Shown: in pieces, positions 18,218 through 27,647 of the stretch
Numbering within the stretch: position 1 is the first letter of the stretch
How the letters are laid out: every line of letters starts with the position of its first letter
Origin: Planctomycetota bacterium
GTDB lineage: Bacteria; Planctomycetota; B15-G4
DNA length: 64,000 nucleotides
Assembly: GCA_038212275.1 (NCBI GenBank)
Contig: JBBQUR010000002.1
Location: 192,001-256,000 of the forward strand
Direction: 5' to 3'
Position numbers and translations under genes: made by a program
The notes under the pieces: model-generated
Databases searched by the model: none
Told to the model about the DNA's origin: nothing
The model's input: the letters and a program-made list of their open reading frames with translations, nothing else

Positions 18218-19606
18218 TCATCGGCGGTGCTTCTCCGGCTTCTCCGGCTTCTCCGGCTCGTCCGGCTCGTCCGGCTCGCCCGGAGTGCCTTCGACGCGCT
18301 CCTCCGGCGCCAGGAAGCGGGCCGCCTCGCGCACCCGCGCCAGGTCCTCGGGCAGGACGAGCGAGGCTTCCGCCCGTGCGAGCGCCATCCGGCCGTGACG
18401 CCGGGCGGCGGCCTGCACGTCGGCCCGGCCGAGGGAGGCCAGCGCGTGCAGCGACTTCAGCAATCGCAGGGCCACTTCCACGGTCCCGGCCCCGTCGCGG
18501 GCCATGGCGGTGAAGGCATCGTCGAACAGGTCGTGCACCGAGAGTTCCGGCACCTCGACGCGATCGTACTTCGGCGCCTCGTCCGAAGCGGCACCGGCGC
18601 CGTCGTGGCTCGCGACGCGGCGAGGCCCGAGCCACTGCGCAAAGAGCCGCACCTGCGCGGCGAGGATGTCGATGGCCGTGCCCGGGTCGTTGACGGCCGG
18701 CGACAGCGCGCGGCCGGCGATCTGCGACATCACCACGAAGCCGAAGCGCGGGTCGGCGTCGAACTGCCGCTCCTTCCCGATGAGGAAGGCGTCCGCCACG
18801 GGATCGGTGTCGAGCGCGGACTCCGCGCTTCCATCGGCCGGCGGATCGGAGCTCTTGTCGACCCACGCCAGCACGCGCCCGGGGGCGGCAAAGGCGCCCG
18901 GCAGCGCGGCGACCGTCACGCCTCCGCCCGTCTTCTCGGCCCAGCGCTGGAGTTTCTCGACGTCCACGTGCTGCACGTAGCCCACCGTGGGCGCGAGCAC
19001 GGGCTGCTTGCGCTGCCGCACCGACGACACCGGCGCGCCGTGCAGGGTGGGCGCCAGCCGCCGCCGCTCCAGCGCGGCCGACGTCGCGTGCTCGACCTTG
19101 TCGATGGCGGTTGCCATCCGGCCGAGGCGCGCGATGCGATCCACCCAGCGCACGAACGTGAACACGACGATCCCGAACACGACGATGGTCAGCATGAAGA
19201 GCGTGAAGCGCCCCGCGACGCCGAAGTAGTCGTTCTTCAGGGAGGTCAGCGACACGATGCTGAAGATGAAGGCGCCGATGAACGTGGAGAGGGCGTTCTG
19301 CGAGACGTCGTCGGCGACCACCAGAGCGAAGGTACGCGGCGTCGCCGTGCTGCTGGCCGAGGCATAGGCAGAGACCATGGACGCCACCGCAAACGTGGCG
19401 ATCACCAGCATGCTGGTGGCCATGATGGACAGCAGCTCCTCGATCGACTCGGCCGTGACGACCGGCACGACCTCCTTGAGCCCCGTGCCATCCGCGAGCT
19501 TCGCGGTGAAGGCCCCGGCGATGGACAGCAGGCAGATGAACAGCGGCCGCACCCAGAGCCGTTCCCGGAATCGGCTCACGAGGAACCACAAGCGATCTTT
19601 CGACAT
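18218..19606 (-). CDS. DUF2254-family membrane protein
   Basis: Four N-terminal hydrophobic helices; ATPR, GYVQHVD, QFDADPRFG, IAGRALSPAVNDPGTA. Confidence 0.85.
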   Translation of the reverse strand: MSKDRLWFLVSRFRERLWVRPLFICLLSIAGAFTAKLADGTGLKEVVPVVTAESIEELLSIMATSMLVIATFAVASMVSAYASASSTATPRTFALVVADDVSQNALSTFIGAFIFSIVSLTSLKNDYFGVAGRFTLFMLTIVVFGIVVFTFVRWVDRIARLGRMATAIDKVEHATSAALERRRLAPTLHGAPVSSVRQRKQPVLAPTVGYVQHVDVEKLQRWAEKTGGGVTVAALPGAFAAPGRVLAWVDKSSDPPADGSAESALDTDPVADAFLIGKERQFDADPRFGFVVMSQIAGRALSPAVNDPGTAIDILAAQVRLFAQWLGPRRVASHDGAGAASDEAPKYDRVEVPELSVHDLFDDAFTAMARDGAGTVEVALRLLKSLHALASLGRADVQAAARRHGRMALARAEASLVLPEDLARVREAARFLAPEERVEGTPGEPDEPDEPEKPEKPEKHRR

Positions 19607-19767
19607 GAAGGATGACATCCCGGGCTCCCGTGCGTTGCGAATCGAGACGCCGTCGTCGCGTGCGGCGGATTTTCGCCGAGGCGGAGGCCCTGCGGGAGAA
19701 GGTAGCCTGCCGCGCGACGGCCTGCGCAGCGCCGGCCCGTCATCTCCCCTCCGGTCTCCCGCTCCCC

Positions 19768-20826
19768 ATGACCTTGATCCTCGGCATAGAAAGCTCCTGC
19801 GACGAAACCGCAGCCGCAGTCGTCCGCGACGGCGTGCAGGCGCTCGGCCAGCGCGTCGCCAGCCAGGTGGACCTGCATCGGCGCTTCGGCGGCGTGATCC
19901 CGGAGCTGGCCAGCCGCAGCCACCTCGAGGTCATCCTGCCCGTGATCGAGGACGCGCTCGGCGAGGCGCGCGTCAGCATGCGCGACCTCGACGCGATCGC
20001 GGTCACGGTGACGCCCGGCCTCATCGGCTGCCTGCTCGTCGGACTCTCCGTCGCCAAGGGCCTCTCCATGGCGACGGGCCTGCCGCTCGTGCCGGTGAAC
20101 CACGTGCACGCGCACATCCACGGCGCGCTCATGCCGGCGCTGGAGGCGCGCGCGGCGGCCGGCGAGCGCGGGCCCGATGGCGACAGCCCCGAGCCGGAGT
20201 GGCCGCTCGCGTCGCTCGTCGTGAGCGGCGGACACACCTCGCTGTATGCGAGCCGCGGGCCCGCACGGCACGAGCGCCTAGGCCGCACGCTCGATGACGC
20301 CGCGGGCGAGGCCTACGACAAGGTCGCCGCGCTGCTCGGGCTTTCCTATCCGGGCGGGCCCGTCATCGACCGCCTCGCGCAGCGCGGCAATGCCCGCGCC
20401 TTCGACTTCCCGCGCAGCCGGCCCGCGGGGTTGGACTTCTCTTTCTCGGGCCTCAAGACCGCGGTGCGATTCACCACGCACGGACCCAATGCGCGGCGCG
20501 GCGCGGCCGTGCGTCCCGACCTTCCCGTCGAGGACCTCGCGGCCAGCTTCCAGGCCGCCGTCGTGGACGTGCTCGTCGAGCGGCTCCTTCAATGCGCGGA
20601 GCAGATCGGCGCGCGCGGGCTGCTGGTGTGCGGAGGCGTCGCCGCCAATTCTGCGCTGCGCGCGCGCGCCGCAGAGGCCGCCGCGAGCGCCGGCCTGCCG
20701 CTCTACGTGCCGACGATGGCGCTGGCCACCGACAACGCCGTGATGATCGCAGGCCTCGGCCACTGGCTCTTCCGCGCCGGCGCCGTCGCGGACCTCTCGC
20801 TGGACGTCGCTGCGCGCGCCGACTGA
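19768..20826 (+). CDS. tsaD: tRNA N6-adenosine threonylcarbamoyltransferase
   Basis: ILGIESSCDETAAAV, GGVIPELASRSH, VNHVHAH, LVVSGGHT, TLDDAAGEAYDK, FSFSGLKT, TDNAVMIA. Confidence 0.96.
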   Translation: MTLILGIESSCDETAAAVVRDGVQALGQRVASQVDLHRRFGGVIPELASRSHLEVILPVIEDALGEARVSMRDLDAIAVTVTPGLIGCLLVGLSVAKGLSMATGLPLVPVNHVHAHIHGALMPALEARAAAGERGPDGDSPEPEWPLASLVVSGGHTSLYASRGPARHERLGRTLDDAAGEAYDKVAALLGLSYPGGPVIDRLAQRGNARAFDFPRSRPAGLDFSFSGLKTAVRFTTHGPNARRGAAVRPDLPVEDLAASFQAAVVDVLVERLLQCAEQIGARGLLVCGGVAANSALRARAAEAAASAGLPLYVPTMALATDNAVMIAGLGHWLFRAGAVADLSLDVAARAD

Positions 20827-20849
20827 GGACACGCGGCGTCCGCACGCTC

Positions 20850-21476
20850 TCAGGAGCGCCCGACCCTCGCGAGCAGGCTGGACATGTCGTCGGCGTGCTC
20901 CTCTTCCTTGGCCAGGATGCCTTCGAGCAGCCGGCGCGTCGTGATGTCGTCGGCGCCGATGTAGCGGATCATCGCGCCGTAGGACTCGATGGCGATGCGC
21001 TCGGCCACGAGGTTCTCGCGGATCATGTCGACGAGATCGCTGCCTTCCTTGTACTCGGAATGCGAGCGACTGGTCAGCGTGGCGGGCGAGAGGTCGGGCT
21101 CGCCGCCGAGCTGCACGATGCGATCAGCGAGTTGGTCGGCGTGGACCTGCTCCTCCGCGGCGTGCATCGCGAACTCGCTCGCGACCGGCTCCGCGGCGAG
21201 GCCCTGCGCCATGAAGTGGTGGCGCTTGTAGCGCAGCACGCAGACGATCTCGGTCGCCAGCGCCTCATTGAGCAGCTTGATCACCGTGGGAAGGTGCGCG
21301 CCATAGTCCTCGGTGACGGCGCCCTGCTCGATGTGCTTCCGGGCGCGCTCGCGAATGGCCGCGATGTCCGCGACGAACTCGCCCTTGCCGCTCTTCGCGG
21401 ACGGACTGCCGCCTTTCTTGTCGTCCGGGGAAACGCTCGCCTGATCGCCGTCGTGCCTGTGTTTGTGCTTGCTCAT
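20850..21476 (-). CDS. Ferritin-like (bacterioferritin-type) four-helix-bundle protein
   Basis: LNEALATEIVCVLRY, EEQVHAD...RIVQLGGEP, ENLVAERIAIESY, EEEHADD di-iron motifs. Confidence 0.85.
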   Translation of the reverse strand: MSKHKHRHDGDQASVSPDDKKGGSPSAKSGKGEFVADIAAIRERARKHIEQGAVTEDYGAHLPTVIKLLNEALATEIVCVLRYKRHHFMAQGLAAEPVASEFAMHAAEEQVHADQLADRIVQLGGEPDLSPATLTSRSHSEYKEGSDLVDMIRENLVAERIAIESYGAMIRYIGADDITTRRLLEGILAKEEEHADDMSSLLARVGRS

Positions 21477-21563
21477 GCTTCCAGTAACCCGAAGCGCTTG
21501 CGCAGGATGCGGGCGGGATCCGGATGTCGGGGCATCGAGGCGCGCCTTGCGCGTCGCGCCGGT

Positions 21564-22610
21564 TCACTTGTCCAGCGTGGCGACGAACTGCGTGAGGCCG
21601 TCGAGGCGCACGAACTCCAGCAGGAGCTGGTCCTGGCTCACGCGCGCCGACACGAAACCGCCGCCGGTGGAAGCGTAGACCGTGTTCGCGCCGTACTTCA
21701 CGGGCGTGGCATTCTCGACGCCGGAGGCCGCGCCGCTCACGACGAGCAGCGGGCCGCCCGGCTCGTCCAGCAGCTGCATCGAGTGGTCGTGGCCGCAGAA
21801 GTAGACGTCCACGCCGCCGGCCGAGAGCAGCGGCAGCACCTGTTCGATCATCTTCTTGGTGTCGCCGTGCTTGCCGTAGGAGTGGATCGGGTGGTGGCCG
21901 TAGGCGAACTTCCAGCGCGCGGTGGAGGCGGCGAGCGCGTCCTGCAACCACGCGAGCTGCGCGGCGGCGCTTCCGCCGCCCTGCGCGATCGGGTCCGTGT
22001 CCAGCGTGAAGAACTGCACGTCGGTGCCATCGCCGAGCGTGCGCGTGAACGTGGCGTACGGCGCGGACATCGTCCACTGGTCGCTGTGCGAGGTGTAGTC
22101 CACCGCCGCCGACACGCTGCCGAGGTGATCGTGATTGCCGAGCGATGCGTAGAAGGGCACGAGCAGCACGGGTGCCGAGTAGGGCGTCTCGAACTTGCTC
22201 AACCAGTCCGGATCATTCGGCGACGACACGCCGGCCGGGTAGATGTTGTCGCCGGTCGTCAGCACGAAGTCGACGCCGTTGGCCATCGCGTAGAGCCCCA
22301 TCGCCTGGGCGACCATGAACTGGCCGGGCTTGCCCGTGCCCTGGTCGCCGATCACGAAGAAGCGCTCGCTCGGGGCACCGGGCGGCAGAGCCGGAATGAC
22401 CACCGGCGGCAGGTTCTGTTCGAGCGAGGGATCCTTGGGCCCCGAGGCGCCGCCACCGCCACTGCCTCCTCCACCGCCGCCACCGCAGCCCGCGAGCAGG
22501 CCCAGCAGCATGACGCAAGCCAGCACCGCGGGCAGGAGCGAAGAGCCTCGCCACCGCAGCCGGAACTCGCCGGCAGGCCACGCTCGAGGCATCGCGGACG
22601 AACTCGGCAT
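21564..22610 (-). CDS. Metallophosphoesterase lipoprotein (purple/tartrate-resistant acid phosphatase type); start uncertain
   Basis: Lipobox LAGC plus poly-Gly; GDQG, GDNIY, GNHD, GHHP, GHDH motifs. Confidence 0.85.
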   Translation of the reverse strand: MPSSSAMPRAWPAGEFRLRWRGSSLLPAVLACVMLLGLLAGCGGGGGGGSGGGGASGPKDPSLEQNLPPVVIPALPPGAPSERFFVIGDQGTGKPGQFMVAQAMGLYAMANGVDFVLTTGDNIYPAGVSSPNDPDWLSKFETPYSAPVLLVPFYASLGNHDHLGSVSAAVDYTSHSDQWTMSAPYATFTRTLGDGTDVQFFTLDTDPIAQGGGSAAAQLAWLQDALAASTARWKFAYGHHPIHSYGKHGDTKKMIEQVLPLLSAGGVDVYFCGHDHSMQLLDEPGGPLLVVSGAASGVENATPVKYGANTVYASTGGGFVSARVSQDQLLLEFVRLDGLTQFVATLDK

Positions 22611-22907
22611 GTCGACCAACCTTTCGGACGCCGGCAGGGCAGGAGGATGACCGCGCACGCCGACGACGCGCACAGTGTGCCCCGCAGCGCGGCTTCCGAG
22701 GCATGGCATCGCCGTCACGCACGCTGGTGCCGACCGACACGCGCCGCAGCGCGCTCGCCCCGACCACCCGCCGATGGACGGCCTGCGCCGGGCCGCGCTA
22801 AGATCGGCGCGCTTTGCCCGGGGTCGTCACGAACCGCCGCGGCGAGCCCCGACATCCGCCCGGCGGATGCGGCCGCGACCCGTCCCTCGCCCCGCACGGA
22901 ACCGACC

Positions 22908-24065
22908 ATGGCCACCCCACGCCGGCCCGCCACCTGCCTGCTCGTCTTCGAGGATGGCGACACCTACCGCGGCACGCACTTCGGCTGGCACGGCGAGTCG
23001 TGCGGCGAGGTCGTCTTCAACACCGCAATGTCGGGCTACCAGGAGGTGCTCACCGATCCGTCCTACAAGGGGCAGATCGTGGTGATGACCTACCCGCTGC
23101 AGGGCAACTACGGCATCAACCCGGCGGACTCCGAGTCGCGCGGCTGCTACCTCGCGAGCTTCGTCGTGCGCGAGCTCTCGCCCATCGTCAGCAACCAGCG
23201 CGCCACGCAGGACCTGTCCAGCTATCTGGACGAGCAGAAAATCGTCGGCCTCGCCGGCGTGGACACGCGCGCCATCGTGCTCAAGGTGCGGCAGGTGGGC
23301 AGCATGCGCGCCATCGTCAGCAGCACGGACAGCGACGCGGCCTCGCTGCTGGCCAAGGTGCGCGCCTGGCCGGGCCTCAACGGCCAGGACGTCGTGAAGG
23401 ACGTCTCCTGCGAGAAGCGCTTCGCGTGGACCGAGGGCCTGACCGGCGCCTTCCTGCCCAGGCTGCCCGCGCCCGAGGGCAGCCGTCCGCGCCTTGCGGT
23501 GATGGACTTCGGCATCAAGTGGAACATGCTGCGCGGCCTGCACTCGGTGGGCTTCGACGTGACCGTGTTCCCCGCGAGCACCAGCGCCGCGCAGATCAAG
23601 GAGTTCGCGCCGGACTGCCTTTTCCTGAGCAACGGGCCGGGCGACCCCGAGCCCCTCGGCTACGCGATCTCCGCCATCCGCACGCTGGTGAACGGCGGGC
23701 TGCCCACCTTCGGCATCTGCCTCGGACACCAGCTCGTCGGTCTCGCGCTGGGCGGCAGGACCGTCAAGATGAAGTTCGGCCACCACGGCGCGAACCAGCC
23801 GGTCATGGATCTCACCACGGGCCGCACCGAGATCACCAGCCAGAACCACAGTTACATGGTGGACCCGACCACGCTGGACCTCGGCATGGTGGAGATCACG
23901 CACGAAAACCTGAACGACCGCACGGTCGAGGGCCTGCGCCACAAGGAGCTGCCGCTCTTCACGGTGCAGTACCACCCGGAAGCCGCGCCCGGCCCGCGCG
24001 ACGCCTTCTATCTGTTCAAGCGCTTCCGCGAGATGGTCGCGCAGCAGGGCGCCGCCGCGCGCTGA
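22908..24065 (+). CDS. carA: Carbamoyl-phosphate synthase small subunit
   Basis: GEVVFNTAMSGYQE, DPSYKGQI, LSNGPGDP, GICLGHQ, SQNH, VQYHPEAAPGP. Confidence 0.96.
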   Translation: MATPRRPATCLLVFEDGDTYRGTHFGWHGESCGEVVFNTAMSGYQEVLTDPSYKGQIVVMTYPLQGNYGINPADSESRGCYLASFVVRELSPIVSNQRATQDLSSYLDEQKIVGLAGVDTRAIVLKVRQVGSMRAIVSSTDSDAASLLAKVRAWPGLNGQDVVKDVSCEKRFAWTEGLTGAFLPRLPAPEGSRPRLAVMDFGIKWNMLRGLHSVGFDVTVFPASTSAAQIKEFAPDCLFLSNGPGDPEPLGYAISAIRTLVNGGLPTFGICLGHQLVGLALGGRTVKMKFGHHGANQPVMDLTTGRTEITSQNHSYMVDPTTLDLGMVEITHENLNDRTVEGLRHKELPLFTVQYHPEAAPGPRDAFYLFKRFREMVAQQGAAAR

Positions 24066-24084
24066 ACCCGGAGGCGCCGCCGCC

Positions 24085-25547
24085 TCAGTGCACGTAACCC
24101 AGGGCCTGGAGCTCTTCCATCACGTCGGGCGAGAGCTCGGCGGCCGGGGCGTGCGACTCGGTGTCGACCTCGAACACGGCGCGTCGACGCGCGGCGTCGG
24201 CGTCGAACTGCTCGAGCTGCGCCAGCATCGCCTCGGCCCAGGCCGGAAGCTTGCCGCTTGTGACGAGATCCACGCGCTCGCCGGGATCGGCAGCCAGGTC
24301 GAAGGCCGCGGGCGGAAGATGGGCCTTCACGATCACCTGGTGCTCGCCGAGCACCAGCGAGCGCCAGGCCTTCGACTCGCCCGCCACCGACAGCACGGGC
24401 GTGTCGCCGCCGCGACGCGGCGGGAGCAGGCTCGTGCCTTCCATGCTCGGCGGCGCGGGCAGCCCGACGGCCCACAGGATGGTCGGGGCGAGGTCGAGCA
24501 TGGGCAGCGTCCCCGCCACACGCACCGTCGCGGGCAATCCGCCCGGCGGCCGGATGAGCAGTGGCACGTGCAGCTCTTCCTGGAAGAGCTGGCGGTGCGT
24601 CGTGCTGCCGTGCTCGCCGAAGGCCTCGCCGTGGTCGGAGACGATCACGATCCAGCTGTCGTCGAACCAGCCGTTGTGCCGCAGCTCCTCGAAAACGAGC
24701 CCGAGCCGCGGTCGACCTCGCTGATCTCGCCGTCGTAGAGCGCCGCGAGCTAAGTCAGGTCCGACGGCGTGAGGTGATCCATGTCGTCTTCCCAGAAATT
24801 GCTGTGCAGCGCTCCCATGGTGTAGATGAGCTCGGGCTTCTCGAAGGCTTCGCGGAACTTCTCGAGCCGCGTGCGGAACGGGCCCTGAGAGTCCGGGTCG
24901 GTGAAGCGGTCGAACTCCACGGGCGGCACGTAGGGCGAGTGGACGTCGTAGGTGTGCACGAACAGGAAGGTGGGCTCGGCGCAGCCGCGGGCGATCCACT
25001 CGCTCAGCTCGGGCAGCTTGTGCTTGAACGGCTGGAGCCGCGACTCGAAGGTGTCGAAGCCGCGCGCGAAGCCCAGCTCGGGCGTGACGAAGCCACCGTC
25101 CGCCATGCCCAGCGTGCGGTAGCCGGACGCGTGAAGGATCTCCGCCAGCATCGGGATGGACGCGGGCGGCGCGCGCAGCTCGCGATGCTCCAGGGCATGC
25201 ACGGCCGGCGAGACGCCGCTGAGCAGGGTCATGTGCGAGGGCGCCGTGTTGTTGGACGCGGACAGGGCGCGCTCGAAGAGCACGACGCCGCGGGCGAACT
25301 CGTCCAGGTGAGGCGACGTCGGGCGCTCGAAGCCGTAGCAGCCCAGGTGGTCGGCGCGCAGCGTGTCGATGGAGATGAGGACGACGCTGGCGCGCGGCCG
25401 CGGAGCCAGCGGATCGGGCGGCCCGCAGGCACAGACACACGCGGCCAGAAGCAGCGCGCGGGCGCTCGACGCCAGTCGGCCAGCGCCGCGAGCTTCGTGC
25501 GCGCCGCCCACCGCTCCATCACCACCTGTGCCTCTCGACATGCGCAT
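24085..25547 (-). pseudogene. Sulfatase-like hydrolase/transferase disrupted by an in-frame TAG and a frameshift
   Basis: 5' frame LISIDTLRADHLG...TAPSH...HTYDVHSPY...DLT-TAG-LAALYDGEISEVDRG; the C-terminal half (LGLVFEEL...VSDHGE...LHVPL...DLAADPGE...LQALGYV) continues in another frame from about 24705. Confidence 0.8.
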
Positions 25548-25810
25548 GTTGCGGCTCAGGATAGGTCGGTCGAAGCATCCGGCCCTTCCCGTGTCCGGCG
25601 ACGGACCGCGGGCTGACTCCCGCGCCTGGCCGGAGCGAGTGCCGGGCCGGAGCACGCGCCGGGACATGCGCTCGCTCAGGCACGTGATCCGGCGCTCGCG
25701 TCGTGGGGATGCGGACACCGGTGTAGACTGCCGGCGTCGCCTCCGCGGTGCTCTCTCCCCACGGCCCCGAAGCCGTCCACCGCCGGACCTCCCGATCCTG
25801 AAGGACCTTC

Positions 25811-27637
25811 ATGGCCCACTCACGCCTGTCCCTCGCGGTGCTGTTGCTGCTCGCGGCCTCGCCGGCCGCGCAGCAGGCTCAGCTGCGGCTCGATGCGGCC
25901 GATCACGCGGAGAGCGCGCGAGTGCGTGCGCTCGTCGGAGACCTTGGAGGCCCGGAACTTCCGCCCGTCCTCGCCAACAGTCCGCGCGACCGGCTGGAGT
26001 TTGCGGACCGCATCCCCGTGTCGCCCGTGCAAGCGGCGCAGTACGCAGCCGGCGCGCCGCCGGCCTATCTGCAGGGCATCGTGCCCGCTGGCCCCGGCGG
26101 CACCGGCACCGACAAGCAGGAACTCTTCTGGTACCAGGTGCCGGGGAACTACGACCCCGACGGGCCGCACGTCCCGCTCGTCATCGCCTACCACGGTTAC
26201 GGCAACTCCGCCAACAGCGTCGCGGTGCAGAGCACCATCGACGAGGAGTGCAACCTTCGCGGCTGGCTCTACGTGGCGCCGACCGGCATCGACGACAAGC
26301 TCTTCGGCGCGCCGATCAGCCAGATGAACACGGCCGCCGCGGTGCAGTGGATGATCGACCACTTCCACGTGGACGCCGAGCGCATCTACATGGTCGGCTT
26401 CTCGCTGGGTGGCGGCATCAGCGCAAACTTCGTGGCGCGCCACCGCGATCCGGACGGGATCATGATCGCCGCGCTGGGCATCGTCGCAGGCAGCTACGAC
26501 TGGACCGCCTCCTACACGCTGGGCGCGCCCTCGCTGAAGGTGTGGCTCGAGAACTCCTACAACTTCAATGCGCCGCCGACGCTCGCCGCCTTCGCCTACC
26601 AGCGCAGCAGCGCGCTGCACTTCACGCCGGGCACCTATCCCGCACTGCCCGGCGCGCTGGACAGCACGCTCTCCATGGCCTCCAACCTGGGCACGACACC
26701 GACCTACGTCACCTGGGACCTGGCCGACACGCTGGCCGAGGTGCTCGCGCAGCAGCCGGAGTTCGTGGGCCTGATGTCGTCGCTGGGCGGCGTGGTCGAG
26801 AGCCACCCGATCACCGGCACGCCGGTCACGCACAGCTGGGCCGTGCTGGACGAGCCCGCGCTGTTCGACTTCTTCGAGCAGCACGCGGTGGTGCGCACGC
26901 CCGCCACGTTTCACGCGCTGGCCGACGGCGACGTGGCCGTGAGCTGGGCCGGTCTGCAGCAGTCCGCCCCGCAGGCCTTCAGCCGCGTGGACGGCGATGC
27001 GACGACGGCGCCCGCGACGCTCTGCGCCACCGGCCTCGACAACCTCGCGCAGCTCACGCTGCACGCCGACCGCGCGGGACTCTCCGGTCCGGGCCCCGTG
27101 CGCGTGCTGGCCGCCTCGGTCTGCGCGACTCCCACCCTGCTGCGCTTCGACGGTCTCGGCGCGCCGCCCGCGTGGTTTGCGGACCCGACCTCGGGCGCGC
27201 TGCTGCCCGGCGACTCATCGGAGCCGGCGACCAACGCGCTGCTGTTCCCGCTGCCCGCACTCGCTTCGTGGAGCGCCGACCTCATCACGCACCCGCTCTG
27301 GACCACGAAGCTCACGACCTCGCCCTCGCCGGCCTTGCCCGGCGGAGCACTGGCCGTGAACCTCGATGCGCCTGCCGGCGCGACGCAGGCCTTCCTGCTC
27401 GTCGCCCTCGACGAGGCGCTGGCGGTGGTGAAGGGCACGCCGCTGACCGCGTCGCTCGCGCCGCCGCTGCTCCTGGTGTCCCTGCCCCTCGACGCCGCAG
27501 GCAACGTGCAGGTCGCCGGCGCGCTGCCGAATGACCCGGCGCTTTCCGGCCTGGACCTGTGCTTTCAGTCCGTCGCCTTCAGCGGCGGCCGCGCCATCGC
27601 GTCGGTCAGCAACCTCTGGCGGACGACGATCCAGTAG
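25811..27637 (+). CDS. Secreted alpha/beta-hydrolase (esterase/PHB-depolymerase-like) with an extra C-terminal domain
   Basis: Signal peptide; PLVIAYHG, VDAERIYMVGFSLGG (GxSxG), THSW. Confidence 0.7.
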   Translation: MAHSRLSLAVLLLLAASPAAQQAQLRLDAADHAESARVRALVGDLGGPELPPVLANSPRDRLEFADRIPVSPVQAAQYAAGAPPAYLQGIVPAGPGGTGTDKQELFWYQVPGNYDPDGPHVPLVIAYHGYGNSANSVAVQSTIDEECNLRGWLYVAPTGIDDKLFGAPISQMNTAAAVQWMIDHFHVDAERIYMVGFSLGGGISANFVARHRDPDGIMIAALGIVAGSYDWTASYTLGAPSLKVWLENSYNFNAPPTLAAFAYQRSSALHFTPGTYPALPGALDSTLSMASNLGTTPTYVTWDLADTLAEVLAQQPEFVGLMSSLGGVVESHPITGTPVTHSWAVLDEPALFDFFEQHAVVRTPATFHALADGDVAVSWAGLQQSAPQAFSRVDGDATTAPATLCATGLDNLAQLTLHADRAGLSGPGPVRVLAASVCATPTLLRFDGLGAPPAWFADPTSGALLPGDSSEPATNALLFPLPALASWSADLITHPLWTTKLTTSPSPALPGGALAVNLDAPAGATQAFLLVALDEALAVVKGTPLTASLAPPLLLVSLPLDAAGNVQVAGALPNDPALSGLDLCFQSVAFSGGRAIASVSNLWRTTIQ

Positions 27638-27647
27638 GGCGCGCAGG

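Noticed and set aside
20592..22907. Apparent large N-terminal extension of CarA (1157-aa ORF)
   Set aside because: The extension overlaps the tsaD 3' end and is antisense to the ferritin-like and phosphatase genes; CarA similarity starts at ATG 22908.
24750..24752. In-frame TAG as pyrrolysine or stop-codon reassignment
   Set aside because: A frameshift follows within about 45 bp, and TAG is an ordinary stop for other genes here (27637, 37141, 59102, 61898).
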